Positions 37,481 to 49,215 of a DNA stretch of 64,000 nucleotides are shown here, piece by piece. Both the position numbers and the translations under genes were made by a program. Positions within the stretch are counted from its first letter, which is position 1. Every line of letters begins with the position of its first letter. Source of the DNA: an uncultured Eubacteriales bacterium (lineage in GTDB: Bacteria; Bacillota; Clostridia; Christensenellales; QALW01); assembly GCA_900547955.1 (NCBI GenBank), contig URIR01000001.1, positions 6,146-70,145 of the forward strand, read 5' to 3'. The notes below the pieces were generated by a model. The model saw only the letters and a list, made by a program, of their open reading frames with translations, was not told the DNA's origin and did no database searches.

Positions 37481-37984
37481 ATGCCATTTTGTGAAAAATG
37501 CGGCGCTAAAATGGAGGAGGACGCAAGATTCTGTCCGTCCTGCGGAGCGGGCGTAAACGGCCAGCAGTCTCAGTATTCTCAGCAGAATACTCAGTCGGGT
37601 AATTTTCAGGAAACCATTAATAAATACATGCAGACTGAGGACAATACCTCTGAATTTGACCAGGAGGACATCAATCAAAACAAGGTGATGGCAGTTCTGG
37701 CTTATATTGGAATTTTGGTTTTGGTGCCTCTTCTGGCTGCGCCCAATTCTAAATACGCCCGCTATCATTCCAATCAGGGTTTGATGCTTTTTATAGCTGA
37801 AATTTGCCTGGGAGTGGTTATAGGTATTTTTTCATGGATACCTGTTTTGAATATTATTATAGGAATTTTAGGCGGACTTGTTTCTCTGCTGCTTTTTGTT
37901 TTTGCTGTTATCGGCATAGTGAACGCCTGCCAGGGTAAAGCTAAGGGCCTGCCTATATTCGGCAAGTTTAAGATACTTCACTAA
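37481..37984 (+). CDS. Zinc-ribbon plus DUF4870-like membrane protein
   Basis: MPFCEKCGAKMEEDARFCPSCGA, then TM segments with the YHSNQGLMLF motif. RBS GGGGAGG. Confidence 0.7.
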   Translation: MPFCEKCGAKMEEDARFCPSCGAGVNGQQSQYSQQNTQSGNFQETINKYMQTEDNTSEFDQEDINQNKVMAVLAYIGILVLVPLLAAPNSKYARYHSNQGLMLFIAEICLGVVIGIFSWIPVLNIIIGILGGLVSLLLFVFAVIGIVNACQGKAKGLPIFGKFKILH

Positions 37985-38011
37985 TCATATATAGCTTAAA
38001 AATATATTGTT

Positions 38012-38045
38012 AAAAGCGCCGCGGAGTATATGCCGCGGCGCTTTT
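38012..38045. terminator. Bidirectional terminator hairpin between convergent genes
   Basis: AAAAGCGCCGCGG-agtatatg-CCGCGGCGCTTTT. Confidence 0.7.
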
Positions 38046-38056
38046 ATAATAAGCCT

Positions 38057-40594
38057 TCAGCCGTTTTCAAGAAAATCTTTAAGATAGCGTCCGGTTAAGC
38101 TGTCGGAGCATTTGATAATTTGCTCAGGCACGCCGGCCGCGACTATCCTGCCGCCTGATTGCCCGCCGCCCGGTCCCATGTCCACTATATAATCTGCATT
38201 GGCAATCATATCCAGGTCGTGCTCAATAACGATAACTGTTGCGCCTTTTTCAATCAGCCTTTGAAAAACATCGGTTAAAACGCGTATATCCAGAGGATGC
38301 AGGCCTATGGTTGGTTCGTCAAAAACAAATACTGCGTCCGTCTGAGATTTACCCATTTCATACGCTATTTTCAGCCTCTGGGCTTCGCCGCCTGATAAAG
38401 CGGGCGTAGCTTCGCCCAGCGTAAGATAGCCCAGACCCAGGCTGCAAAGGGTTTCAAGGCGCTCGCGTATTTTTTTGACGTCAGGCATCAGCTCCAGCGT
38501 CTGGGCTATGGTATAATTCATTAGCTCGGGTAAGGAAACGCCTGATTGTTCCTGGCCGGGCTTTTTAGGCAGCCAGCGAATTTTTTCGCATTCTTTGGAA
38601 TAGCGCGAGCCGCCGCATTCAGGACAGGTGATTTCCACGTCGGGGAGAAATTGAATATCCATGGTGATTTGCCCTGTTCCGTCGCAGGCCGGACAGCGCA
38701 GAGCTCCGGTATTATATGAAAAATCTCCCGCCTTCTTCTTCATCGCCTTGGCTGCGGGCAGACCTGCATATATTCGGCGCAGCTCGTCCAGGATTCCGCT
38801 GTATGTCGCAACAGTAGAGCGTATGTTGGCGCCTATAGGGGCTGCGTCAATGATGTTTACCCGTTCTATGCCCTCTGCTTCCAGGGCTTTTACATGACCT
38901 GGCAGAGGCCGGCGGCTGATTTTTGCCTGAAGCGCAGGGACAAGGCTTTCCAAAAGCAAAGTGGTTTTTCCTGAGCCGGATACTCCCGTTACGGCGGTTA
39001 AGCGTCCCTTAGGGAGCTTTAATTCAAGAGCGTGAACGGTATGCAGCGGCTTTGTTGAAATGGATATTGTTCCATTTTCAAACAGCTCTTCAGCAGGAAT
39101 TTTAGGACGAAGGCGGGGCAGTTCTTTTCCAGCTAAATATTTTCCAATTAGCGAAAGCGGATTTGCAATTATTTCCTTAACAGTTCCGGCGGCTATTACG
39201 CTGCCGCCGTCAGTTCCGGCGCCGGTCCCCATTTCTATCAGCCAATCGGCCGCTTTAAGCACGCGCGTGTCATGGTCGACGAGCACGACGGAATTGCCGC
39301 GGGAAATCAGGTCGCGTATCATGCCGAGAAGCCCGTCTACGTTAGATGGATGCAGTCCTATAGAAGGCTCGTCCAGCACATAAAGCACCCCTGTGGTCTG
39401 GTTTCTGACGGCTCTGGCAAGCTGGACTCGCTGACGTTCGCCCGTAGAAAGAGTATTGCCCGCGCGGTCTAGGGTCAGATAGTTAAGTCCGAGCTCAGCC
39501 AGCCGCTTGGCGGTATTTATAAATTGGTTTGCTATGCTTTGAGCCATTTCTCGCATTGCTTGGGGCATGGTTCGGGGAACGCGCTTTACCCATTCGGTTA
39601 ATTCCTCAAGAGTCATAGCTGAAGCGGCGGGTAGGTTTATACCGCATAGAAGTGTGGAACGGGCTCTTTGATTTAAGCGTGAGCCGCCGCAGTCGGGGCA
39701 TACGTCCTGTTTCAAAAATTTTTCCACGCGCTTCATTCCGCTGTCGTCTTTTACTTTAGCCAGCGCGTTTTCTACGGTATAAACCGCATTATAGTATGTA
39801 AAATCCAGTTCTCCGGCCTGATTGCTGTTTTTAGCCTTATACAAAATGTGCTTTTTTACCGCAGGGCCGTGAAAAACAATTTCCCGCTCTTGGTCAGTCA
39901 GTTCGGAAAAGGGGACATCGGTCCGAACGCCCATTGCCCTGCATACGTCGGTCATTAAAGACCACATGAGAGAATTCCACGGAGCGACCGCGCCTTGGTC
40001 TATAGTTAGCGAAGCGTCGGGTACCAGCGTAGATTCGTCTACCGTTCTTATCAGGCCTGTGCCGCCGCAGGTTGGGCAGGCTCCGCTGCTGTTGAAGGAA
40101 AAATCCTCTGCGCTCGGCGCTTCAAATACAGCGCCGCAGACAGGGCAGGAGAGGGGCTTATCTATTGCGGCGTTAACGGTTGGCTCAATGTAATGTCCAT
40201 TCGGACAGAGATGGCTGCCCAAACGCGAATACATAAGCCGCAGGCTGTTGGTTAGTTCGGTAGAGGTGCCAAATGTGCTTCGGACGCCAGGTATGGCGGG
40301 CCTTTGGTGCAGCGCGAGGGCCGCAGGTATATTTTCTATGCCGTCTATCTTAGCCTCAGCCGCCTGAGTCATGCGCCGCCGCGTGTAGGCGGATAGCGCT
40401 TCAAGATAACGGCGCGAACCTTCGGCGTATAAAACGCCCAGGGCCAGAGAGGATTTTCCCGAGCCGGAAACTCCTGCAATAGCTGTCAGCCGTCCGAGCG
40501 GAATATCGACGTCTATATTTTTGAGGTTGTGTACGCGCGCGCCTCTTATTAAGATATTATCAGGCTGCGTTTTTTCAGTTTCTGTTACATTCAT
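38057..40594 (-). CDS. UvrA-family ABC ATPase paralog (845 aa, shorter than canonical UvrA)
   Basis: [36 protein letters not shown], zinc-finger CxxC pairs and two ABC modules. Confidence 0.85.
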   Translation of the reverse strand: MNVTETEKTQPDNILIRGARVHNLKNIDVDIPLGRLTAIAGVSGSGKSSLALGVLYAEGSRRYLEALSAYTRRRMTQAAEAKIDGIENIPAALALHQRPAIPGVRSTFGTSTELTNSLRLMYSRLGSHLCPNGHYIEPTVNAAIDKPLSCPVCGAVFEAPSAEDFSFNSSGACPTCGGTGLIRTVDESTLVPDASLTIDQGAVAPWNSLMWSLMTDVCRAMGVRTDVPFSELTDQEREIVFHGPAVKKHILYKAKNSNQAGELDFTYYNAVYTVENALAKVKDDSGMKRVEKFLKQDVCPDCGGSRLNQRARSTLLCGINLPAASAMTLEELTEWVKRVPRTMPQAMREMAQSIANQFINTAKRLAELGLNYLTLDRAGNTLSTGERQRVQLARAVRNQTTGVLYVLDEPSIGLHPSNVDGLLGMIRDLISRGNSVVLVDHDTRVLKAADWLIEMGTGAGTDGGSVIAAGTVKEIIANPLSLIGKYLAGKELPRLRPKIPAEELFENGTISISTKPLHTVHALELKLPKGRLTAVTGVSGSGKTTLLLESLVPALQAKISRRPLPGHVKALEAEGIERVNIIDAAPIGANIRSTVATYSGILDELRRIYAGLPAAKAMKKKAGDFSYNTGALRCPACDGTGQITMDIQFLPDVEITCPECGGSRYSKECEKIRWLPKKPGQEQSGVSLPELMNYTIAQTLELMPDVKKIRERLETLCSLGLGYLTLGEATPALSGGEAQRLKIAYEMGKSQTDAVFVFDEPTIGLHPLDIRVLTDVFQRLIEKGATVIVIEHDLDMIANADYIVDMGPGGGQSGGRIVAAGVPEQIIKCSDSLTGRYLKDFLENG

Positions 40595-40670
40595 TTTTTA
40601 CAGCTCCGCAAATATTTTATAAAAGCTTTAATGCGGATTTATGCGGCTGTTTGTATGAGCCTTAATAAGC

Positions 40671-40803
40671 AAATGGGGGCGGCGCGGAGCGGCCGAGGGC
40701 CGCCCGCCGTAAAAAGGGCATAGGGATAAGTACTCTTAGTCCCTATGCCCTTTTTACGGCAGATTTTGGCGCATAAGCGCCAAAATTCCGCGCCGCCCCC
40801 GTT
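40671..40803. other. Second nested palindrome: 18-bp closing stem around three hairpins
   Basis: Arms AAATGGGGGCGGCGCGGA / TCCGCGCCGCCCCCGTTT with one mismatch. Inner hairpins are GCGGCC-gag-GGCCGC, a 20-bp CCGTAAAAAGGGCATAGGGA stem, and ATTTTGGCGC-ataa-GCGCCAAAAT. Confidence 0.7.
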
Positions 40804-40833
40804 TATGGCGCAATTATTTTCCGCGCTCAAATT

Positions 40834-40951
40834 ACCCTCAGTTTACAAGGAACTACACGCCTCAAAACGGGATAATTTCTTCCTTTTCTGCGTTATCCTC
40901 AATCAGCGTACTTCTAGTACGCCTTCTTCGTCTTCCTTGTAAACTGAGGGT
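40834..40951 (-). repeat. MITE-like repeat, copy 3 (118-bp internal-deletion derivative)
   Basis: It keeps both terminal inverted repeats and the first ~95 nt, and is flanked by TA. Confidence 0.75.
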
Positions 40952-40981
40952 ATGATTCGCAAAAATAACATACGGATTAAC

Positions 40982-42328
<1,347 letters not shown>

Positions 42329-42941
42329 TTATAAAAATAATCCTGAATGTTTCTGCATCCAAAATAATTATATAAAAACATGAAAAAATCTGCAACAATT
42401 TTTTGCATCATGAGCCGGATTTTAATGAAAAAAATAGCAATTAGCTTGTTTTTATGTGTGTTTTGAAAGCTGCATGCATGAAAAGCCGAATGAAATTTCA
42501 TTTTTTATGCCGCTGACTGGCGATGCGTTTTATTGCGCAATGCTTGAATTGCCTGAGTACTGCTAATAATTATTAACGCGTGCGTATGGGAAAAAAAGAG
42601 ACCCATATCGATTTCAGAGGATTTTCAACTTAGTTTGACTTAATGATATATTTAATGTAAAATAAATTATACAATACAAGCAAATTATATTGCCTTTTTG
42701 TATAAATGCCAGTCGGGAACGCTTTCATGCGCGGTTACTTGCGTTTCTGACAACCGTCGGAATGTATAGTCTGCAAAAAAATCCGACAGTATAAGCGGAC
42801 GAGCTTTTGATTAAAAGGGCAGGGCAAAGAAATATTAGAGCGTTTTTTGGATGCCAACGCAGAAAAACGTAACAATGCGTTTTCTATTAAAAAGTATTGT
42901 ATTGTTTGAGCGTTTAATTTTAGGAGGGGGATATAGAATTA

Positions 42942-44114
42942 ATGCTTACGGCTAAGGGTATGAACAGCAGCGATTTAAGGCAAAAAAACAGAGGGCTTGT
43001 TTTAAAACTGGCGGCTACTCAGGATGAGGCGTCCCGCATCTCCATTACACGGGAGACTGGACTGTCCAAAATGACTGTTACGAATATAGTTTCAGAATTA
43101 ATTAACCAAGGCTATTTAATTCAAGCCAGCTGCCAAAAGAACGGCGGGGCAGGGCGAAATCCTGTTTTGCTGGATATTGCTCCGCAGGCTCCCGTCGTTT
43201 TGGGCTTTTATATATCCCGTCTGTACGTGGAGGCCGCGCTTTCTAATCTAAAAGGCCGTTTGTTTTGGCGTAGGAGGGTGTCTCTGGAAAATGAAAGCGC
43301 GAAAAGCCTTGAGGATAAAATAATCGGGCTGGCCAGAATGGCTATGCAGTATTCTAAGAGCAGACTCCTGGGCATAGGGGTTTCAGCTATAGGACCGCTG
43401 GAGCAGAACGAGGGCGTTATTCTTAATCCAACCCATTTTTACGGAATAGAGGATTTTCCGGTCAGGGCCTTGCTGGAAAGAGAGTGCGGCATAAGGACGT
43501 ATGTAAGCAATGATACAAACGCCGCGGCCTTGGCCGAGCTGCTGCTTGGAGCCGGCAAGGAGCTGGAGAATTTTATTTATATAGGAATTTCAAGCGGTAT
43601 AGGCGCTGGCATAGTTTCGCAGGGGGAGCTATATCAGAACGGCAGCGGTTATGCCGGAGAGCTGGGTCATACCACGATAAAATATGACGGAGAGCAATGC
43701 GCCTGCGGAAACAGAGGCTGTTTGGAATTATATGCGAATATACATACTCTGATAAAAAGCCTTGCGCATGCCGGCGCTTTGGAGGCTGAGGATATTTCCC
43801 CGTCGCGGTTTGAAGAGCTTTCATTGATGGATAAATGCGATAAGGTTTTCAGCGATACGGCGTTAAAGCTTTCTTATGCGCTTATAAATGCGGTCAACCT
43901 TTTTAATCCTCAGAAAATATTTTTGGGACATGAAGGATGCAGGCTTCCGGAAAAGTATATTGCTGAGATGGAGGAATATGTAAACAGACACATATTTGCA
44001 GCTAAAGTCAACAAAATAAAAATAGAACGGTCTTATTTTGGAGAGGATTCGCCTTTATACGGCGGAATATGCTGCGTTTTGGATAAATTATTTGATGGAG
44101 ATATCTTTTTATGA
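42942..44114 (+). CDS. ROK-family transcriptional regulator
   Basis: N-terminal wHTH plus the ROK sugar-kinase fold with CACGNRGCLE. Confidence 0.85.
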   Translation: MLTAKGMNSSDLRQKNRGLVLKLAATQDEASRISITRETGLSKMTVTNIVSELINQGYLIQASCQKNGGAGRNPVLLDIAPQAPVVLGFYISRLYVEAALSNLKGRLFWRRRVSLENESAKSLEDKIIGLARMAMQYSKSRLLGIGVSAIGPLEQNEGVILNPTHFYGIEDFPVRALLERECGIRTYVSNDTNAAALAELLLGAGKELENFIYIGISSGIGAGIVSQGELYQNGSGYAGELGHTTIKYDGEQCACGNRGCLELYANIHTLIKSLAHAGALEAEDISPSRFEELSLMDKCDKVFSDTALKLSYALINAVNLFNPQKIFLGHEGCRLPEKYIAEMEEYVNRHIFAAKVNKIKIERSYFGEDSPLYGGICCVLDKLFDGDIFL

Positions 44115-45109
44115 AAATTAAATCTGCGCTTTTACTGCTTATAGCCGCCGTTTTAATAATGGGAGGGTGCGCGGTAACGTCGGCGCCGGGAAATTCTGGT
44201 TTGCAGACGCTAAATACCCATCCTCCCGTCGCTACGCCCGCGCCTGCGCCCGAAGGAGTTATGGCTGACGCTGTTTCAGGCCGTTTTGCGCTGTATAACG
44301 GGAATTTATATTATGCCTCGTCAGACAGTATATGCGTTTTGGAGAATAATGCGCAGAGCACTCGCGTGCTTGCTCTGGCCGATACTCCGAGCAGGCTGAC
44401 AGTTATAGACGGGGTGCTGTATTATCTGGCCGTTGCTCAGCGGGACGATAATTTTTCTCCCAGCTCCTATACGGTAAATTCGATTAATTTGGAGACGGGA
44501 GAGTTGTTGGGGCTGGCGTACTGCGAACAGAACTGGTACTATATTTATAACGGCAGCGTGTATACTCTGGGAGAGGAGGGCATATATGCTCAGGAGATTG
44601 GCCAGGAGGAGCAGAGCCTGGTTATGGACGGTTTTATTACTTCCCCCTCCGGATTGGAAAATAATGTTTTTATGAGCTTAGGCGAGGATTTGGCTGTTTA
44701 TAATATCTCAAGCGGTCAATATGAAATACTGCTTGAGGGAGCGGCTCCTATGAATATAACTCCGCTTGAGGACGGTCTGCTTTATAGTGACGAAGTAAGC
44801 GAATATATGTATTTTTATGATTATGAAAGCGGCAGGTCGGAGCTTTTAAACGGCGCGCCCAATTATGGAGTTACAATATACGAGGGTAAATATTATTATG
44901 TCAGCAATGACGGTACGGCGGCGCTCTATATGCTTTCGGACGGTTCAAGCGAGGAAAAGGTGCTGGAACTAGGAGAGCTTTTGGCTTGCTCGGCGCCGTG
45001 CTTTATGGGAGAATACACATATTTCGTCATTCATGCGGACGATTATATAGGCCTGGTTAGGTATGACCAATCGGGCGTACAGACGCGGCTTTCGGCGGCG
45101 GGCGGCTGA
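44111..45109 (+). CDS. Lipoprotein with repeated ...LYY / YY beta-propeller-like motifs (DUF5050-like)
   Basis: Lipobox IMGGC. Recurring GNLYY, GVLYY and GKYYY segments. Its start overlaps the ROK gene stop. Confidence 0.55.
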   Translation: MKIKSALLLLIAAVLIMGGCAVTSAPGNSGLQTLNTHPPVATPAPAPEGVMADAVSGRFALYNGNLYYASSDSICVLENNAQSTRVLALADTPSRLTVIDGVLYYLAVAQRDDNFSPSSYTVNSINLETGELLGLAYCEQNWYYIYNGSVYTLGEEGIYAQEIGQEEQSLVMDGFITSPSGLENNVFMSLGEDLAVYNISSGQYEILLEGAAPMNITPLEDGLLYSDEVSEYMYFYDYESGRSELLNGAPNYGVTIYEGKYYYVSNDGTAALYMLSDGSSEEKVLELGELLACSAPCFMGEYTYFVIHADDYIGLVRYDQSGVQTRLSAAGG

Positions 45110-45407
45110 ATGGTCCGGCTCTGATGCAATATGATTTACATAGAGCATACGACGGATAATTGTTGAGAGCATGCCCTGCTTTTATGCCGGAATGCGTAAT
45201 GCCAAAATTACGCATTCCGGCTTTTTGCTGCGCGTTTAGGTCGATTTTGGTGTTTGTTAAGCAAAAAATACTGAAGAAAATGCAATTAAAGGAATGATTG
45301 GAATTAGTTCGACGGGCTAAATAAGGACTTCGTTCGGAGCCCGCCGTGAAATTGCTGCCCGGCTCTTGCCGGCGCTTTTTATGCGCAGCTGCCTGCGAAA
45401 AAATGGG

Positions 45408-46349
45408 CTAGGCGGTTTTTATTGTTACTATGAAGCCGTCTATATTATTTCCTGAAACTGTAAAGGGCATATCCTCGGGGACGGGCAGTCCTTTTGAGCA
45501 GTTCTCAGCTGAAACGTAGTATATTTCATATTTGCTGCCGCTGTAGGTTTTAACAAAAAGATGTTCCTGTTCAAATGCGTGCTCCCTGAGCATCGCTATG
45601 TATTCCTCCAGACATAAATTCTGTTCAAACATATATTGGGCGTGAGCCTGTCCTACATATCTTAAATGCCATGGCTCGCCGTGTACTCCCGTAATATCCG
45701 ATTTTGCCTGGTCATAGCGCACTATAAGCCCGTATCGGTATGCGTTGCTTATTATATAGGAATATTGGTCCTTTCCGTCGAAGGGGAAGCTGGCGCCCTC
45801 CCGGTATATGCCCAAATCCACGGCAAGTCCGCTGTGGTGCTCGCTGGCGCCTGGCGCGGCGGTCCAATAGGGAGAACCCTGCGTTTTGTCTGAATTATCA
45901 TATAATTCCTGCTGTTTTTCCAGACTGCGGTATCCGCTTAATGCTATAACGTCTTTTAGCTGCGTGGTATTGTAAAAATCCTCCATAAGCTGATTCAAGG
46001 CGCTGACTAACTGGGGAGCGGCCAGGACGTTCTTATCCTTTGCCATATAGTATTTATTTTTGTTTTCATATATACTCAGCATATTTATGTCGTTATCTTC
46101 AAAATTATAGAGGTTGTCCGCGTTTATAAGTATAAGATTTCCTGAATGTATTTCGGAGGGGGAACAGCTCATATATAAATAGCCGTCCGGAAGAGCCTGA
46201 GAGCAGGAATTGGAGGCGGAAAGAAAGGTATTTGAATCCGTGCTTACCATAAGTACGAGCTGTACGGCAAATACAATAAGGAGCAGAAGAGATGCAATAA
46301 TAATACCGTCTGTTTTTTTCTGTTTCTTTAACCTTTGCAGGAGAGCCAA
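45408..46349 (-). CDS. VanY/M15-family D-alanyl-D-alanine carboxypeptidase, membrane-anchored
   Basis: SGYRSLEKQQELY, SEHHSGLAVD and EPWHLRYVG motifs. Confidence 0.8.
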   Translation of the reverse strand: MALLQRLKKQKKTDGIIIASLLLLIVFAVQLVLMVSTDSNTFLSASNSCSQALPDGYLYMSCSPSEIHSGNLILINADNLYNFEDNDINMLSIYENKNKYYMAKDKNVLAAPQLVSALNQLMEDFYNTTQLKDVIALSGYRSLEKQQELYDNSDKTQGSPYWTAAPGASEHHSGLAVDLGIYREGASFPFDGKDQYSYIISNAYRYGLIVRYDQAKSDITGVHGEPWHLRYVGQAHAQYMFEQNLCLEEYIAMLREHAFEQEHLFVKTYSGSKYEIYYVSAENCSKGLPVPEDMPFTVSGNNIDGFIVTIKTA

Positions 46350-46514
46350 ATAAACACCCTCTTTCTATTTTCTAGTATAAAATAATTTGAATTACTAATC
46401 AATCTCTAATATTGAAAAATATACGCAGTAAATGTAAATAAATGGATTAAAAATAACTGATTTATTAATAATTTAGCTCTTGACATACCGGTATGACTGT
46501 ATTATAATTGCTTT

Positions 46515-48302
46515 ATGATGTTTAAGAAATATTTATGTAACATTTATGTAACAATCAGAGGCTTCTTTCGCAGGCTGAATCCAAATTTGCTTAAGGGGAC
46601 TGGAGTTTTATTTCTTGCCGGAATAATAGTATGCGTATGTATGCTGCCTGTTCCGCAGAAAGCCGCTTCTTCCTCAAATTATCTGGACGAGGAGAGTATG
46701 GACAGCAGGGACGCCGGCGCTATGGTCGTTATGGAATTAGGCGCAAATGGCTCGGAGGTGGTAAAGCTTCAAAGGCGTCTTAACCAGCTTGGCTATTATA
46801 CCGACCATGCTACCGGTGTATACGACGGCAAAACTGCAAGTGCGGTAGGCGAATTTCAGCGGCAGAATGAATTGAATGAGACGGGCAAGGCGGATTATAC
46901 TACGCTGGATATGATTTACAACCAGGAGAATACTGCTAAGGTTCCTGGGACGGACAAATCCTATCAATATGGAGATAGCGGCGAAGAGGTCGCCCTTATT
47001 CAAAAGGGATTGGCGGTCGCTGGATATTTTAAATTAGACTGCGACGGCATGTATGGTCTTGCCACACGCAGCGCGGTTATGAATTTTCAAGCAGATAACG
47101 GCCTGCTCGCAAACGGAAAGGCTTCAGGCGAAACTTTTGAATTGCTCAGCGAGATTGCACAGCCGGCTGGAACGAGCGAATATGCCGCGGTAAACGAGCA
47201 GTCCTCTGAAGAAGAGATTACGGCTGTTCAGCAGGCTTTAGCCGATCTGGGCTATATGTCCGCCGATAATTTGACAGGCTATTTTGGCAGTATAACTCAA
47301 AGCGCTCTGGAGCGCTTTCAGGAGCAGTTTGGAATTTCGGCGACAGGTGAAGCGGACGCGCAGACTGTGCAGCTGCTTAATTACATAGTAGATTACAGAG
47401 GCATAGGGGGCAGCGCTCAGCCTAAATATGCTACGTTGAATCCGGGGGACAGCGGCCAGGCGGTAAACGGCCTGCAGGAAGCGCTGAAAAAATTGGGCTA
47501 TTTCAGCGGCAGTACTACAGAATTTTTCGGGGATAAAACAGAGGAGGCCCTCAGAAGCTTTCAGGATTATGTAGGGCTTGCGGATACCGGCATAGCCAAT
47601 TCGCGCACGCAGGATAAGCTTTATACGCTTGCGTCTAAAATGCCCTCCACGCTTAAGAACTATAAGCTGCTTGAGCAGGAGGATGAATCGGTGGCGGTAC
47701 GCCGTCTTCAGACGGGCTTAAAGGAGCTGGGATATTTTAGTGGTAATGTAACTTCGTATTTCGGCAGCAAAACGTATGATTCAGTACGCAAATTCCAGCG
47801 CGCAAAGGGCTTGACGGTAACCGGTAAGGCGGATATTGCCACCCAGCGTCTGCTTTTCTCCCTTGCGCCGGATGCTGAGGATATAGAGGTTATAGAAAAA
47901 ATAAATTGGTTTAACGAGGCAAAGAATCTTTTTAAGATAGGTACGACCGCTAAAATTATAGACGTTACAACAGGCCGCAGTTTTACCGTAAAGCGCACGG
48001 GCGGATACAATCATGCGGACGTAGAGCCTATAAGCGCGTCGGATACTGCTACAATGAAAAAAATGCTGGGAAGCTGGTCCTGGAACAGGCGGCCTATAAT
48101 AGTTGTGTATAACGGACGCTATTTAGCTGCGTCTATGAACGGAATGCCTCATTCCTTTGACAAGGTTTCAGGCAATAATTTTTCGGGCCATTTCTGCATA
48201 CATTTTGCAGGCAGCAGGACGCATGGTACAAACAGAGTGGACGAAGCGCATCAGGCGGCTGTTGCAAAGGCGTATGCCAACGGATATAAAGTGCTTGAGT
48301 AG
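46515..48302 (+). CDS. Protein with about 6 peptidoglycan-binding (PG_binding_1-like) repeats and an unknown C-terminal domain
   Basis: Repeated G..V..LQ..L..LGY...G.FG..T..A...FQ modules and an N-terminal TM anchor. Confidence 0.7.
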   Translation: MMFKKYLCNIYVTIRGFFRRLNPNLLKGTGVLFLAGIIVCVCMLPVPQKAASSSNYLDEESMDSRDAGAMVVMELGANGSEVVKLQRRLNQLGYYTDHATGVYDGKTASAVGEFQRQNELNETGKADYTTLDMIYNQENTAKVPGTDKSYQYGDSGEEVALIQKGLAVAGYFKLDCDGMYGLATRSAVMNFQADNGLLANGKASGETFELLSEIAQPAGTSEYAAVNEQSSEEEITAVQQALADLGYMSADNLTGYFGSITQSALERFQEQFGISATGEADAQTVQLLNYIVDYRGIGGSAQPKYATLNPGDSGQAVNGLQEALKKLGYFSGSTTEFFGDKTEEALRSFQDYVGLADTGIANSRTQDKLYTLASKMPSTLKNYKLLEQEDESVAVRRLQTGLKELGYFSGNVTSYFGSKTYDSVRKFQRAKGLTVTGKADIATQRLLFSLAPDAEDIEVIEKINWFNEAKNLFKIGTTAKIIDVTTGRSFTVKRTGGYNHADVEPISASDTATMKKMLGSWSWNRRPIIVVYNGRYLAASMNGMPHSFDKVSGNNFSGHFCIHFAGSRTHGTNRVDEAHQAAVAKAYANGYKVLE

Positions 48303-48580
48303 TTTTTGTATCAGCGTTTGAGGCTATAATGCTTGCTGAAGAAGAATACGGAGATTTTTGCTTGAATTGAATATTAATTAAAAGGACCGCCTTTCAGGCA
48401 CAATCCATAAGGAAGTTATATAGAAAATACATGGATAAGCAGAAGTCCGCACCCTGAAAAAGGTGCGGACTTCTGCTTTGGATTGCGGCTTCACAATCCG
48501 ATACTTGCTAAACCTGTATGTAGACACAGTCGTTTAGAAAGTGCTCTCATACGCCAACCGCTAAGCCAAATATTTCATTA

Positions 48581-49030
48581 TTATATTGTTGATTTAACAA
48601 ATAGCTGATCAATTGAACCAAATATTGTTTTATAATTACCCAATTTTTCAAACCCATATTTCTCGTATAGTCCGATTTCTCCACTCATGATATATACTTT
48701 TTCATATCCTATCTCACGAGCATATAAAATTGCGCTCTGAATCATAAACTCTGATAATCTATTACCACGGTATGGTTCATCAACAAAAACAAATCCTATA
48801 AATGGTGTAAACTGATATTCTTTGGGTAGCTCATCCTTTTCAGTCAATGTGCAGAAGCCTACCACTTTTCCATTTACACAGGCAATAAATACTCTTTCCC
48901 ATGTATTGAAGTCATTATTTTTCATCTTTTGAGCCAAATAAGGACCTGCTTTCCATGAGCATTTTTCAGCCAAACAAATAGTTTCATTCCAATATTTATG
49001 TATTTGGGTCATGCAATAAATTTCAGTCAC
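48581..49030 (-). CDS. GNAT-family N-acetyltransferase
   Basis: VFVDEPYRGNRLSEFMIQSAILYAREIGYEKVYI is a GNAT motif A. The patch is locally low in GC. Confidence 0.75.
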   Translation of the reverse strand: MTEIYCMTQIHKYWNETICLAEKCSWKAGPYLAQKMKNNDFNTWERVFIACVNGKVVGFCTLTEKDELPKEYQFTPFIGFVFVDEPYRGNRLSEFMIQSAILYAREIGYEKVYIMSGEIGLYEKYGFEKLGNYKTIFGSIDQLFVKSTI

Positions 49031-49215
49031 GTATTATCCTCCTAATAAAAATCCCCATTTATCGTATTGTAAGTATAGCGCATAATCATAAATGAAAATC
49101 AACACTACTCTTGGCATGCTGCCATATATTCTGCCTCGTTAAATAAATTTAAGGGGGACTCTTCCTTACGGAGAGTCCCCCTTTCTCTCATAAATGAGAA
49201 GAGCGGCCCTTTTTA

